Origin: Catajapyx aquilonaris
Lineage: Eukaryota
Assembly (NCBI GenBank): GCA_000934665.2
Contig: KZ538077.1
Location: 62,001-126,000, forward strand
DNA: 64,000 bases
Direction of reading: 5' to 3'
Part shown: one piece after another, positions 14,300 through 28,194 of the stretch
Position numbering within the stretch: the stretch's first letter is position 1
How the letters are laid out: every line of letters begins with the position of its first letter
Notes under the pieces: model-generated
The model's input: only the letters and a program-made list of their open reading frames with translations
Databases searched by the model: none
Told to the model about the DNA's origin: nothing
Program-made: the position numbers and the translations under genes

Positions 14300-14372
14300 G
14301 TTCCCGTAGCTCAGCTGGATAGAGCAGACGCCTGGTCCAGGCGCGACCCGGGTTCGACTCCCGGCGGGGGCT
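14300..14372 (+). pseudogene. tRNA-like cloverleaf (tRNA pseudogene or SINE head); central loop triplet GTC
   Basis: Acceptor stem GTTCCCG/CGGGGGC, D arm GCTC-AGCTGGATA-GAGC (A box) and T arm CCGGG-TTCGACT-CCCGG (B box). The anticodon arm CGCCTG-GTC-CAGGCG has non-canonical spacing. There is no immediate T-run terminator. Confidence 0.8.
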
Positions 14373-16882
14373 TGGATGAGATATCCAGTATGGAAGTGCC
14401 CTAAACCATCTCTTCCTAACTCCTAACCAACCCCAATTCTGACTGTTTTCAACAAATGTCCTTGTCTTATTCTTGCACCGTACAGTACTTGAAAGGGTCA
14501 TTTCCGTGTCGGGGGTAACTCATTTAGCGGCATTCCTTTTCTGCGGGAGATGACGAGTGCAAACCGATGCAGCGGTCGCTTCACTGGTTACACGCAGTAA
14601 CGAGCGTATTAGTCACCGGGAAACCTACACACTCTGCAAAGTTCGCAAAACCTCTCGCCACGGTTTCCTCCCACCGCTTGGCACATTATTCAGTTTTGGG
14701 AATAAGGGCACAGAAGCGCTTTTGGGAAAAGGCAGCAGCCAACCCGGGGTATTCAGAGTCAGAGTGTTAAGTACGGTGATCGGGAAGAAGCTGCCATCCC
14801 AATGGGACATATAACAGGACTCCAAGCCCGAATATTTCCACTAAATCTAAACCACGCTACTTGGTCGCGTAGTAAAGATCAGCCATTTTTTGGGGCCAAA
14901 AATGTCGCAGAGTACAGTTGAAGGGCACCCGGTGGGTCACCTTTCGGCTGCTGGGTGCTTAGGGGGTCTAAGGTCCCGGAATGTTCGATTTTTGACAGAG
15001 CCGCTCGGGTATTTCCCGCAGTAAATCCGGCAATTCCAGTAAGGGATCTTAGAGGCATCTCGGCGATTGGATGCAGGCGACAGAAGCGGTCCATCAGATG
15101 AGCCCATTACATTTTATACGGGCAGACGTCGCAAAAGTGGAGGAAGGAAAAGGTTTTCTTCCGGATTAACCTTTTGACGGCGTCTGGTTGGCCCGGGTAC
15201 AATCATCCGACGGCTTGCCCGTCACTGGCAAATCAGAAGGCCTTCCGCCCGCGCACTGCATTTCATAGATTATACGGCACCTAGGAAACTCGGCCGTGCG
15301 GCAACAATATAAATGCAAATGAACCGGGCTGCCAAGATCAGTGTAATGAGTACTGAGCCAATACGGGGACCCGTCTGCAGTAAAAGTCGTGGAAGAAGAG
15401 GGGACGGGGAGGGGGCAACAAAAGAAGCTACCGAGAAAATTTTCTTTCCCGCACGTCTGCACGTCGATTCAGCAGATGCCTGTCCAGAATATTGCAAAGC
15501 TGTCCAACTTTCCGGAGAGGATGGGGCTGGGGGGCAAGGTAAATACCTTTCCGCCAACTGGCACTCCTTTTCACTCGGACCTGGGACAGCCTCGACATAC
15601 TAAAAATATCTCAATCCGGTTGGCTCCACACCACCATTTTGCATGTATTTCCAAAACCAGCAACGGGCAGAGCACGCAAGTGGCAAAGTGGAAGAAAAAT
15701 GACTACCAAAACGTGCTAGCAGGTTCGATCCTTCAGCCACTCAAAATTGGCATAATGCAGTCGATGACAGATGATAAACCAGGCTCCGGGGCGCCTCTAA
15801 TACGCCAAAAGTCTGATTTAGTACGGAAATCGATGCAACATTCGGTGACACGTTAGGCTCGACATCATCTTCAAATAGAATGTACTCGCCTCAATTACAA
15901 ACCTGCATAATTGATGCTCACTCATTTTTCCTGAATTTGCACAGGCTCTTTCCGGAGCTTAGTATCCGGTGAACAGGATGCTTCAAATATTCAGTGCTAT
16001 AATCACATTATACCGAGCAAGGCACGGTATCGGTTCGTTGCTCAGCTTCCGGACATTTAAATTCGCCACTCTACTTCTTAACCTTGAGCTCATTTGACTA
16101 TCTGGCATGATTCACGCGGGTTGCTGACCTCCCACTGGTACCAACTCACATCCCAAATGCATGTATAAAAATCATGGTCCTGTCCACCCCAAAAACCACC
16201 GGTACTCCCCCCTCCCCCACACCGGATAAATCGATACCTTTTCACCCTCTAGCCCATTTGCATCTTCATTACAGCTCCACCTCCTTCATTTGTTACAGCC
16301 TTTCCCCTCATCCATCAGCAGCCAACTGGAGAGCATTTGCCACGAGTCAAACATAGCTCCCCCCCTGAAAGTAGTGGCCGCAATATAAAAAAGTGCTCAC
16401 GCCATGTCAATCAACACCTCGGGGCTCTATTCATCCCAATGGAATTACGTTTGTTTCTCACTTTCACGCCATTTTTTATCCATTTGTTTCCTCACCCTCC
16501 TGCCCATTTCGGCCGATACGTCCAGACCATCAGTGTTTCCATCCTCTTCTCGGCGACGGAATTCATTGGTGAAACCTCTTGCTATATATAGAGTTAGGAC
16601 AAGCTGTCCCAACGGTAGAGTTCCTTAAAATGTTTACTTGCAACTCTCACACGTTGTGGATGGCAGAGTAGTTTGGCCGAACAAACAGTGGCACTTGCTA
16701 ATAGAGTCAGGGATCATACTGCCACTAATGCAATCACAACTCTCGTGGGCAAGTAAAATAGCGCATGGAAATTGATTCATACGCTGAAGTCATACCAGAT
16801 ACCCATATCTCACATTTCACGTACTGCATATTTTAGTATTCAACTCCAATTACCACGCTATGGTATTAAAATTCGTGTCGCC

Positions 16883-16953
<71 letters not shown>
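16883..16953. repeat. (AAT)n microsatellite
   Basis: Perfect trinucleotide tandem run. Confidence 0.98.
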
Positions 16954-16954
<1 letters not shown>

Positions 16955-17626
16955 CTGCCTGATGTGTGGCAAGAGTGTGCTGCAGGTGCACTGTCACATA
17001 ATTACGCTATATTAGATACCCACGACCACTTCCTCGTATCGGTTTGTGAATCACCTATAGTCCTATACCTTAGCAATAAATATATTTGCTGTGCACATTG
17101 CCGTATCGTTCACATTTGGAATTCTCAACAGTCACGCAAAATAATACTTGACATTATCAACCAGAGGGATTGTCTCGCAAATGGTATAGCTATTGACATT
17201 GCTGAATTCCATAAATTATCACTATTGAATTATGCCATAGCAATTAGGAGGGATTAATTACATCATTATGTGCAAAGCCGCGTGACCTGACTCACTCGCT
17301 CATATGTAGTGGGATATACTCGCCATGCTACAGGCTAGGGCAACATGTTCTTCACAAAAATAAGATCAACTGATAGGCTACAGTTGTACTGTACATAATA
17401 TAGATCCAGTATATCGTGCCAGAAATACTGCACATAAAGATTGAACTAAAAAATTTGCACAAAAAAAACACTTCCATATTGGCGACATACCCGGGTGTAG
17501 TTCTGATGGAAAATGGACGAAGTGTTGATTGGGTAAAGCAAGTTGACTGACATCGATGACACCTAGTGACGGCCAAAAAATTATTTCCAAAATGACGGCC
17601 GTCACCAATCCGTAGCAGAGCGTATT

Positions 17627-17645
17627 ACACACACACACACACACA
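17627..17645. repeat. (AC)n microsatellite
   Basis: Dinucleotide run. Confidence 0.9.
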
Positions 17646-20072
17646 GGGCTGAGTAACATCCCCAATAATATCATTGTCCATTGAGATACTGCAAGCTTGA
17701 CAGGTAACTTGGCCATAAACTACAGGCCTTACTGTCGAGCCAAAACAGACTGCTAGGGGTACATGACCCTTTCAGCTCCTGATAACCAACTTGACACTGC
17801 TTGATGGACACAATGACGGCGTCCACCACTGAAGGAAGCCATCTTCCCCGTGAGAAAATGGAGGCATCAATTCATTCTCCTTCACGGGCACTGTACTGCA
17901 CCACTCCAGCCCGCCATTTCCTTGGAGTTGAAAAACGCCAACCAAGAAATGGGCAGCGTTTCAGGCCGTCTCCTTTAAACAACTGGCCACTGCAGAAAAC
18001 AAAGTAGGCTTGCACTGAATGCAAACCAGAGATTGATTCGCACAGGCACGCCTCCATTTATTCCGGGGCCCGCTTTAGACCCAGAGATATAAGCATCCCT
18101 CCGGCAGGGCAAGGCTTGCAAAGGCCTTCCACCCGGATAGGCAAATGCACTAGCAGCTATCGCACTAGGGGGCTTGCAAACCAGCCCCCCCACTACACCC
18201 CTCCGCTTACTACTTCCCATCCCTTTATATTCCAACCATGCGTGCGAAACAACCAAGTGCAAAACCTGTGCGAGAAAAGCGCGCCGAGTGCAGCCAAAGT
18301 TTCTCTCTATACTGCACTTTACCAAACCCCCACCCCACCCGTACCACCCTCACATACATGACAGCCATTATCGCGGCACCAAACAGAATTGTTGCAGACA
18401 CCCAATAAGGAAATGTGCACGGCTTGTTCCCTTTTTATAAAAACCCATTGGGGTATTCGCTCATGCGGAAGAACTGGGGGNGAATAGAATTTTTTGGAGT
18501 GTTCCCGCACAGTAGGGATAAAATAGTACTGTCACTATTTCTTCCAAAGGAGATGGGGGTATGGTAATCCCTGTTCACACCGCACATTCACAGAACTTTC
18601 ACTAAAGAGAGCACTTTTGTATCTTTTTTCAAAAAAAAAAAAAAAATGCTGAACCCAACCTTGTTTTACCTCCTCGAGTATTAAAATTGATTGTTCTAAA
18701 CAATCAAGCGAGATTACATCACTGTTCTTCTTTAAGTACGTGGCAAAATGGCACTTAAATATCTATATCTTTCAATGATGTAAATAGTATGGTTGATATA
18801 CTGGTTATAAATCTATGTAAATATAAGGGATGAAATGTGATTGTATAATACAAGGGGGAAGTGCGCTGATATAGGGAGGAAAATAAAAATTGATTGACTG
18901 ATTGATTCTAAACCATCTAAAGCATGCACCGTTGTTAATCGTGTAACACTAAAAACTGAAAAACTTAAGACTGCGAGCAACATGGTCAATGACATGCACA
19001 TAATTAGCCCCGACCTAATGAGTAATGATCCAAATCGGCCATATCTTTACTCGCAGTAAACTGAACGAACAATCGCGACCAAGACGCTAATTCCATATTT
19101 GGGCAATTAATATTGCCTAATTTTTCTAAAGGTACATCAATCTCGATATTGAGCTTCCTTATTCCTGTAACAGTCCTCTGTTTTTCTCAAGCTGATCCCA
19201 CCGGATTTGACTTATCGAAAAAAACAGCCCAACTTCCAAATTCCCATCACCCTTTTAAATATTTCATTCTCTAAAAACAACTTTCACGTCGCATAACAGG
19301 TCAACGATCCCCGTTGAAAATCACGCTGTCGACCCAGGTCACAAACCACAAGCCAACTCCAGCACACTCATGTAATACTTTCCAAGTAGGGAGGCGCACG
19401 GAAAATATGAAGTCCTGGTCTTCCCAGACATTTTTGCAACGCGAACATCTCGGGGCCTCCGAATTACCCCTTCTCGCCATTTTTTTGGTTAAAAAAAAAA
19501 AGAGTAGCCCGGTGACAAAAGCTTGCAACGCTAGCCTTGTTTCTCGACTCGCTTACCTCCACGAGTATTGGGGGGGACGTGCACTCCCTTCTTATTTGCA
19601 TAGAAATACGCTTCCTCCCCTAAGCCACCTTCCAAAAGGACGGGAAAAAAGAGAGGGGGTGAAGGGAGAGCGGGAAAGGTGTAAAATATACAATAACCGG
19701 CTTTCCTCCTCGCCTGCGCCTCAATCTCCTCAAGCACCCATGACTTGCACTCTACTCAACTCCACTTTCTTTCTCCACTAGTCAAGATACAAAAAGGAGG
19801 GCTTCGCAAATAATTTATGCGCAATTTAAACTCAATCACAAAGCCGGAATTTTGTTTTCCCCCCTACCTTCCTCTAGCAGAGGAGTAATTCTTCGTTTAA
19901 GTAACGTGTCCAGAAAACCATGGGACCCCTGGTGTAGCTCCGGGTTTATACAGGCCTGAAAATACTACAAACTTTCTTCTGAAACGGAAAAAAGTTCATC
20001 CCCAAGTTGGCAACAGTACGTGAGCTGCGTACGACGATGGTCACCTATCGATTACGCCAGATTGCTTATTAC

Positions 20073-20103
20073 CTGAGGTTGACACCCTGTATGTTTCCCC
20101 CAT
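20073..20103 (-). CDS. Putative alternative first coding exon MGETYRVSTS (phase-1 end)
   Basis: Strong start context aaaaATGG, 31 nt, and donor CAG|gtaata. It is in frame with the 7374-7345 microexon. UTR-like low-complexity sequence lies upstream. Confidence 0.45.
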
Positions 20104-23033
20104 TTTTTATTTTTTTAAAAAAGGGACTCGCCAAATACAGTTTTCAACGTGAAGGCTGATAAAGAACGATAATGCCAAAGCCAATTTCTGGCCTATTTTT
20201 CCTCTCCCTCTCTAGCGGGAATCTTGGAAGCGGGCTGCAAAGATTGCTTTGTGTGCTGGGATCGTCTACTTTGTGGCTCCGAAAAATAAGTCATCCATCA
20301 GGTGGTGGTCCCATACATCAACAGCTGACGTGAAGAAAAAAAAAACCCACATCGCCACTCCCTTCTGAAGATTCCAAACCTTTTTTTCCCCGCAACCATG
20401 AAGCGATAACGTCCCTAGAAATCGCATGGGAATAACCACCAATCGCACGCATATTTCATCAGCGTTTTCGCTCAGTGCGTGTCCCACACACTCGGCTAAA
20501 AGTTGGGGAGGGGAGAGAATAGCAGCTCTCCATTTTCACTCCACGGTAACAAGCAAAATGAATTAACTCGGCCATCAGTACTAAAAGAGAGCATATTTCA
20601 CCCCCCTACACTTTGTCCCCTTTCCAAATACGCATGGGGACACCCCCCCCCCCAAAAAAAAAAAACCCCCAACTGGCAATGGCTAACTCGGTTGGGTCAC
20701 GTGCTCCAAAAGTTGCCAACATTTTGTCAGAAATTACTAGAGGGAGGGGTCAAAGCTCCCAAAATATTGACGATACCATGTGAGCCTAATAACTCTTAGG
20801 CTTGTTACGAATCATTCTTGCAGGCCACCCTTTTCCTTAGACTAGCCGGAATGGCGGCGCCAGAAAAAAAGGACGAACCGAAAGAGAGAGAAAAAAAACC
20901 GCTTCTCTTTATAAAAGTTGGAAACTGCCATGGGCTACGGTCGTTTTGTTAAAAGAGTGCACTTTCCCCAGGCCTCCAGCATTTTCCAACTCTATCTCCC
21001 TTTGCACTGAATCCCTCCTCCCGCCAACTTCTAAAGCAGTCACATAATTCCATTCTGAACTTTTCCTACAGATCGTCTATTATTCTGCCCGCTCGTATTT
21101 TTGTCATTTTTTTGCGTCTAGAGAAAAGGAGGTACTGTACGTGCGCGTGTGTGTTTGGCGGGAGCGGAACGACGCTTAATTTTAACAAGGACGTACTACC
21201 TTGCAATTATACTGTCAGTTCCTGATTTTTTTTTCGTAGGGTGGCGGAAAAATCTGAAAGGCGCGTTAATTGGTCGCGTAAAAGGGGACTTGGACAGAGT
21301 ATGACTCGCATTCCCAGGTGGCAGTGAAAGGGGAGGCCTGAACTCTTCTTTCCTTTCTTTACGAGCTGGGTCCGGAAAGGGCGCCAGATGGCAGCCTTGT
21401 GAAAAGTAAAATCCAGAACTCCGCTCTACTGGGTAGAAGCCCAAAACCGGAGGAACCCTTCTTACAAGCGTAATATTCTGGCGCGGGAGGAATTCCTGTA
21501 TGTTTCCCTTGTTGGGAATACCCTCCATCGCCTAGCCATTGGGGCTAAGATAAAGGCCCCCTTACCCATATTCGCCTATTGTCACCTGCAGCCAACTTCA
21601 CTCCCGGAGAAACTAATGCTTGTTTTCTGAATGGGCTGTGTGCTGGCCTTATCTCGTTAGTTAGAAAACTGTTGCTCGGTTCCACATCAAAAAGTTAAAT
21701 ACATTTCTTCCTATACGGGCATACCCTGGGGGAGCGGTATTGACAGTGGTCGCCACTCTGGCTTGCTGAAACTTATCTCACTATTGGGGACGATTTGAAC
21801 TGTGGTGTGCTAACCTCAGGTCAAGGTCGGTCTTTAACTGCTCAAAGTTGGCCGGAAAAATTCGGAAATTATCTGCACTGTTTTCTTCCACTTCCGGCAG
21901 CCTGATTGTAATAAGTGAGTTAAAGCCAACTAATTACCTACTGTTCAGACTGACCGCACAATATGAATGTAGCTAATTGAAACTTCCGTTCAAACCTCAA
22001 AAAAAAAGTGTCGCAAGTCTGGCTTTTCTCTCATCATCACTGTGCTGCAAGTGCTCATTTTGAAAATGGTAAATCATTTCTGGAGCCGCTTTTGGTCAGT
22101 AGGGCATGCTCAACCCAACTTCCACATTTTTCCACCTTGGCTTTTCACATTCAATGTGCTGCAGAGCCCCCTTCCAACATCAACCATTCCGTGAAACACC
22201 GTAATCATATTCCCGTGCGGCCTAATAGGCATAGTTGCACATAAATTTTTTTTTCCCCTGGCCTCCACATCCTTTCGCAAAAAGAAATACGAAAAAGCTG
22301 CATTTTCACAGTGGAAAGCACACAATTCTCATTTGTACAGGTCGCCTGTCTAATCAGCAACTATGCGAACATTTAGATTCACGCTGATTCATAATTTCTC
22401 GTTGGAAAATTACACAGGAATAGTTGCTGAACAAAAAAAGCGCGTCTGGAGTGGAATTTTAAAACTTGCGCATCCTCAAAATTACTGATTTAAAAACAAA
22501 CAACCACTCAATGCAAATAGCCTACAAGTCATACATAAGGCAAGCAGAAGATTTCATAGAAAATGTACATGGATATACTTAGGATTAGATGATGAGGTAT
22601 TTTACACTGAATAAAATGCATAGATTTTCCGTCAAGAGATGCGATATGACAACGTTTATTAATTCATCAGTAGCTGATTTAACATGAAAGTCATAGAAAG
22701 ATGAGTGACAAGAAGCAGGATGATCAAAGGGGGCAGATTTGGGTTAACACTAGTGCATTCATTAGCTTTGTGATTGTGCAGCAGCATTCCACAGGTAATG
22801 TCGTCAATTTTGAACCACCGACAACACGTCAAATGACCATTACGCGAGACAAGTGTGCAATGTGGCAAGGCAACACGTAGCTGAAACCATGTCTAGTATT
22901 GTAATTAGGCGACAACCCGCACTGCGACTGATTAACTTTGACACACTACTCTAGAGCAGTTGTCACCAGATTTTTTAAAACTTCAAAACAGACGTTTAGA
23001 CACAACAATACCTGTAATGCATGTATACAGCAT

Positions 23034-23344
23034 TCTTCCAGAATTGATTTTGCGATGCTCCACAGAAATTTTTTATATGATATTAGATGAAAAGGTCAAA
23101 CTCGAGATTTAATTGTCATAAAAAGTAAGCATGATTTCAGATTCCTAGCACCTTCTGTGGTCACTTTTTATGCAAAAAAATTAGAAATTCTCAACTTTCA
23201 AGTCCTGCCATTCTCTACTCACTTGTCAGAGAGCCAATATTCAAAAACTGAGCTTCACTTTTTCACATAATATGGCTATTATCCTGAACAAGTTGTAATA
23301 AAAGTTATCGTAGTAGCCTACACCGCAAAATCAATCCTGGAAGA
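23034..23344. mobile_element. Degenerate palindromic (MITE/foldback-like) element
   Basis: Three nested inverted segments: 23034-23057 vs 23321-23344 (22/24), ~23080-23110 vs ~23244-23273, and 23117-23126 vs 23163-23172 (10/10). Confidence 0.65.
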
Positions 23345-24210
23345 GATCCTTTCAGGCCATGAAGTTGCGAGAATTGTCTGAATCCCAAGAGAAGCTACCT
23401 TCAATATTTTTCTTGGAACAGAAGAAAAGAATGTTCAGAAGGGTCGGCTTCCAAACAGTAGTAAACAGGAATCCAATCAGATCCTGTCGTCTCTCCAGGT
23501 TCTCATTTCTTGCGCTTCTGGTCATTACAACTCCCAAGTATCATTAGTGAGACTGACTAGTTGGCGCTCCGGCTTCCTAATTACTTCATCCCACTGACGG
23601 AGTAGGTCCAAACTCACACCTTCCACTTGCCCCCCTTTTCTCCACTTATTAAAAATATAACGCACCAGGAAACGAGCAGGAAGGATTAACGGGGAGAGCA
23701 GCAGCGCCAACTTTTCAAACGTCAGTCATTTGGAGCACTCGTTAAGGGAAGAAATTCTCTCTCTTCTGCCCGTCGCCATTTCTTCCCCAAACTGCTTCCT
23801 TGCACTGTACAACTGTATACGTGATCAAATCCTATAGCATGTTATCCTGAGACAGACGCAACCCACGTGGCAGAGTTGTCGAACGAGAAGGGTGCTGGGC
23901 AGGGGCCACAATTTGCCAGCGCGGTACCGTATCTCTGGAGAAAACATAGGGGGGCGCAAAAGGCTGACAGATTCCAAGGAGCGACAAATCTCTACAAGGG
24001 AAGGTTTCGCAAGGATCGAAATTGACGAATCACCACCGTCATCTTTCTTCTTTTTTCCCTTTCCTACTTGTCAGGTTTGGAGGGCAGCACTAGATCTTTT
24101 TCCCTCCCACCCCAGCTGAGTCCGATCCAAAACACACCCTCTCCAACTATTACATGCAGCAATGTTGAAACATGTTCTTCACGATTGATGGACTAATCCT
24201 CACTTTTCAG

Positions 24211-24242
24211 GATCAGACGTGCTCAGCGCTGACTTTTTTGGG
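24211..24242 (+). other. Candidate antisense exon (32 nt)
   Basis: Branch gactaat, acceptor cctcacttttcag| and donor GGG|gtgagt. Confidence 0.3.
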
Positions 24243-26369
24243 GTGAGTTATGACCGTGATATTTTACCATCAAACGTCACCATTCATTGAAGATGAATCG
24301 CTTCATCCGAGCCAATGAATGGTCGCGGAAACGTGTGCAACTTACCAATATGGTTTGGGTGGGAGTGAGCGCAGTGATGTTTCAGCCTGCTTTTTTTTTC
24401 TGTAAACTGTTGCAATTCCGTCCCGCGTTGAAAATTTTTGACCTTCCGGCCCGGCCACAACTCTGTACTGGTCGGGAGAGGTGACCCAGCTTGCGAAAAT
24501 GTAGGCCCAACAGCTGAAACGTCACAGTCCAAAGGGCCCGGAATAATGTTTTCCGCGTGCTACTCTTTGCAGGTTGTCGTCATCACGCTTCACGCTCCAA
24601 CCTCTCTTCCCACCGCCATTTGCTATTAGAACTAGCCACCCATACACACCAACCCAACCCACACCCTGATTAGTGTCCTTTGCTTCCTTTTACCACCCTC
24701 CATTCTCCTCGCTGTACACTCACAAAAGAGTCGTGGTGTTTCGTAATTATGAGGGCTTGAGCAACCACGTTGCAAGTGACAGTCGAAAACAATCGGGTTT
24801 TTACTCCTGCATCTGCTGCCATTTTTACATCATTCCAGAGGCGTCAGGCATGGTCCAAAAAATAGATACGATCGACTTTAATCAGGCAATTCTGTGACCA
24901 ACTTGTGTGGCGCAGGTTGGCACGACTTACAACGTTATTGCACAAAACTAGTTTGCGAGTGTACACAGTAATTGCTGGCGGTTGTATCCTTGCCCTAAAA
25001 AGGAAACTACCGTCTGCAATATTTCAGGAGGCACTTAATTAGAGCTTTCTCTTGCCATTTTCAGAGTGCCCGAGACATCAGCCCCAAGTTGACAACTGCC
25101 CTTTGTATCTACAACTCGTCTTCCAAGGGCATAGTCTCCGCACCACCAGCCTCTACCATGTGAACATAGTACATAATTATTAATATTATTATTACTATTA
25201 TAATCATAACAACATACAGTACATTACAAAAAAAATGATTCTCAAGTGATACTCTTCTACAACTCTAAATAGGTGATAAACGACAAAAAAGGTGTCGCAA
25301 ATATGTTTTGTTACACGAGGTTTGTTACTTGATATTGGCGTACAAAACACAAATGATGTACCAATATGTAATGCAAAATATCCTCAGACTGACAAAAAAC
25401 AGACAAAATAAATAAATCGGGGATTAATGTATTTTTGGCTTTTCCCTTCGTTGTTTTCTACCCTCCCATGGCTTGGAAAACCCTACTCTCGACCGGAGAA
25501 GAAAAATCAATCGATAACGCTAGGGACGCTTCCTGGCACCCAAATTAATCGAACTCGGCTGGCTGGTCTCCAAGAGCAGCCTCCCGCCCTGTGGAGGATC
25601 TCACTCATATACTGGGTGGCCCAACTCAAAAGTGTAGCAGTAAAAATCCTGATTACGTATAGTTCGTTCAATCGGCCAAATTGGGCTTGGACACCTCCGC
25701 CAATTTTTTCTCTCTCCCCTCCCCCTTCAGAAGATAAGATACAGTAAAAATGAGTTGATTCAAACTCCAATAACTGGAATCAATAAACCATTAAGATAAA
25801 CTTGAGCCTGCACGATGTCCTCGTTAATTCAAACGGTTGGAAAATTCCTAATTCAAACATTATGCAAATGGCCATGAAAATTAGAAAGAGCAACACGAAG
25901 CGCTTTCACTCATGCGTTCTACTTTGAACTTGACTCCTTTTTGGGCTTTACCATCCTTACATAACTTGCCCAAGAGTTGAAATAATGTCTCAACACCTTT
26001 CAAGCTCGATACCATCTTTCTCCAAAAATTGCCGCGCATTTAATTAATCCACTTCCTACTGCATCTTTGTTCCCTCGCGTCACAAAGACGGCGTAAATAG
26101 GGCAGGTCAGTACCAAACTCATAAAAACTAGCACAACAGGTTGTTGGGAGTTGTGTGGGGGCAAGAATACGGAGCATTTCCCACACCTGCTACAAGAACC
26201 CGAAATGAACTGGAGGAATTCCCTTCCAGAATATTTTCCTCCATAGAATATTTCTGAAAGCGACACCTTCTGGAAAAGCATGACAGACATGCAAGTGTCA
26301 GCGCGTCATCAGAATATTGCGAGACGGGTGAATCGGAGTGTGCACCATATTCGCATAACCCCGGTTCCT

Positions 26370-26376
<7 letters not shown>

Positions 26377-26428
<52 letters not shown>
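26377..26428. repeat. (CT)n microsatellite
   Basis: Perfect dinucleotide run. Confidence 0.98.
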
Positions 26429-26432
<4 letters not shown>

Positions 26433-27914
26433 GGCATCATGGAAACAGGCAATGTCAGCGATACAACAATTACCGTATTCCGGACCCCGTGAAGGAGTTG
26501 GAATTTCGCCTCTCCAGAATTTCCCGCTTCCTCTTCCACGGATCGTCACCCTCACAAACCGTACGTCGAGATTAGGAAAGGGTTGAGTGAACAGCCAGCC
26601 AGCCAGCCAAGCCAGCCTCACAGCCTCCTCAAAATCCCTCCCTTCCTCTTCCCACCCACCCACCCACCCCCTTTTAAACTTGTGTGAATATAATACAATA
26701 TCGATCCTACCGCCCCTTCTCTTACAATGGCAGCCCCCAACTTTCCTTCCTTCAATGCTTTAGTCATTCGCAATCTCGGTGCTGAGCAAGGGGAATTAAT
26801 TTTTCAGCAATCAACATGAATAAGAAAGCGTCATTACCTCGTCAAATGACTTTCCAGGGCACTTGACTCCCCCGGCCCTAGGGGGAAGCTTGTAATTTCA
26901 TTACTTGGATTATAATGACCCCCAGGTTGAGGTTGGGTCCCTTCATTAGAAAAACTCTCTGCACCGCCTACAAAAACCATCTCAGGTGTCAGATGCCCGC
27001 CTAGTGCTGCAATTAGCACGCTGATTAACAACCTACTACCCAAATAACGCCGCTTCACAAAAATAAGCCAGTCGTGAAAGGCGAGTTGCCACTGACGGCC
27101 CCCTCATTTCCGGAGAAACCTTTAGGAAACACACAGTCTCTTGTTCATGACTCAGTGAAATGTGTACGGCGACTACTACAGTATGTAATGGAGCAAATAC
27201 CTTGTGAAGTGTCAGGTGTGACTACACTAATCTTTGTCCTGTTGACTCAAGTGCAAGAGCTAGGCCTCTCACAAGCACTCGTCCCGTGCCCGAGTAAAAG
27301 CTCTACCGAAGAATTATGCCATCCCCCAGCAGCACCTCCCTCTCCAAGTTCTCGGCTGGCCATAAACAACTTGGCGAAAAAGTTCTGTGGGCCGGCTTTT
27401 GTGCAAAAGGAAAATGTCGTCTTTGGGGGCTTTTACCTCCACCCCCGAATGGCCAAGTTGAAATGACTTTCCCCAGATCGATCCTTCCACCATACATCCT
27501 ATCACGACCTCTCCCTACCTCCTCCCCTGTTCTTTTCATTCCCATACACTCTATCGCTTCTAAGCTTACCCCCTTCTGCTCTCGCCCACTTCCAAATCCT
27601 GCTGCAGATCTCTTTCTTCCTTTTGCTAGAGACACATCACCACCAGTCCCACCCTCAAATTGGTCAACTTTCTTCGGACCCTCGGCTATTATTTTTTTCC
27701 TTCCAAAAGGAAATTACACTGCATACGCCCCTATAACTATTCCGGGACATTCTAACTTTACGGCCCTGTAATCACCAACGGTGCCCCATGTCTTTTTACA
27801 TCGCTGCCAGCAATAAACAAAAGGTAGAAAAGCAAGTCCAGGACCTATAAGCCGCTCCCTTGAGGACTTCTCAAGTTTTACGGTATGGTGGGTGTAGAGT
27901 TGGGGGGGGGGGGG

Positions 27915-28194
27915 NNNNNNNNNNNNNNNNNNNNNNNNNNNNNNNNNNNNNNNNNNNNNNNNNNNNNNNNNNNNNNNNNNNNNNNNNNNNNNNNNNNNNN
28001 NNNNNNNNNNNNNNNNNNNNNNNNNNNNNNNNNNNNNNNNNNNNNNNNNNNNNNNNNNNNNNNNNNNNNNNNNNNNNNNNNNNNNNNNNNNNNNNNNNNN
28101 NNNNNNNNNNNNNNNNNNNNNNNNNNNNNNNNNNNNNNNNNNNNNNNNNNNNNNNNNNNNNNNNNNNNNNNNNNNNNNNNNNNNNNNNNNNNNN
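27915..28194. other. Assembly gap (N run) flanked by poly-G
   Basis: 280 Ns bounded on both sides by G homopolymers. A similar smaller case lies at 886-897 within poly-C. Confidence 0.99.

Noticed and set aside
21818..21829. DR0-like AGGTCAAGGTCG nuclear receptor site
   Set aside because: One imperfect 12-mer in 64 kb is compatible with chance
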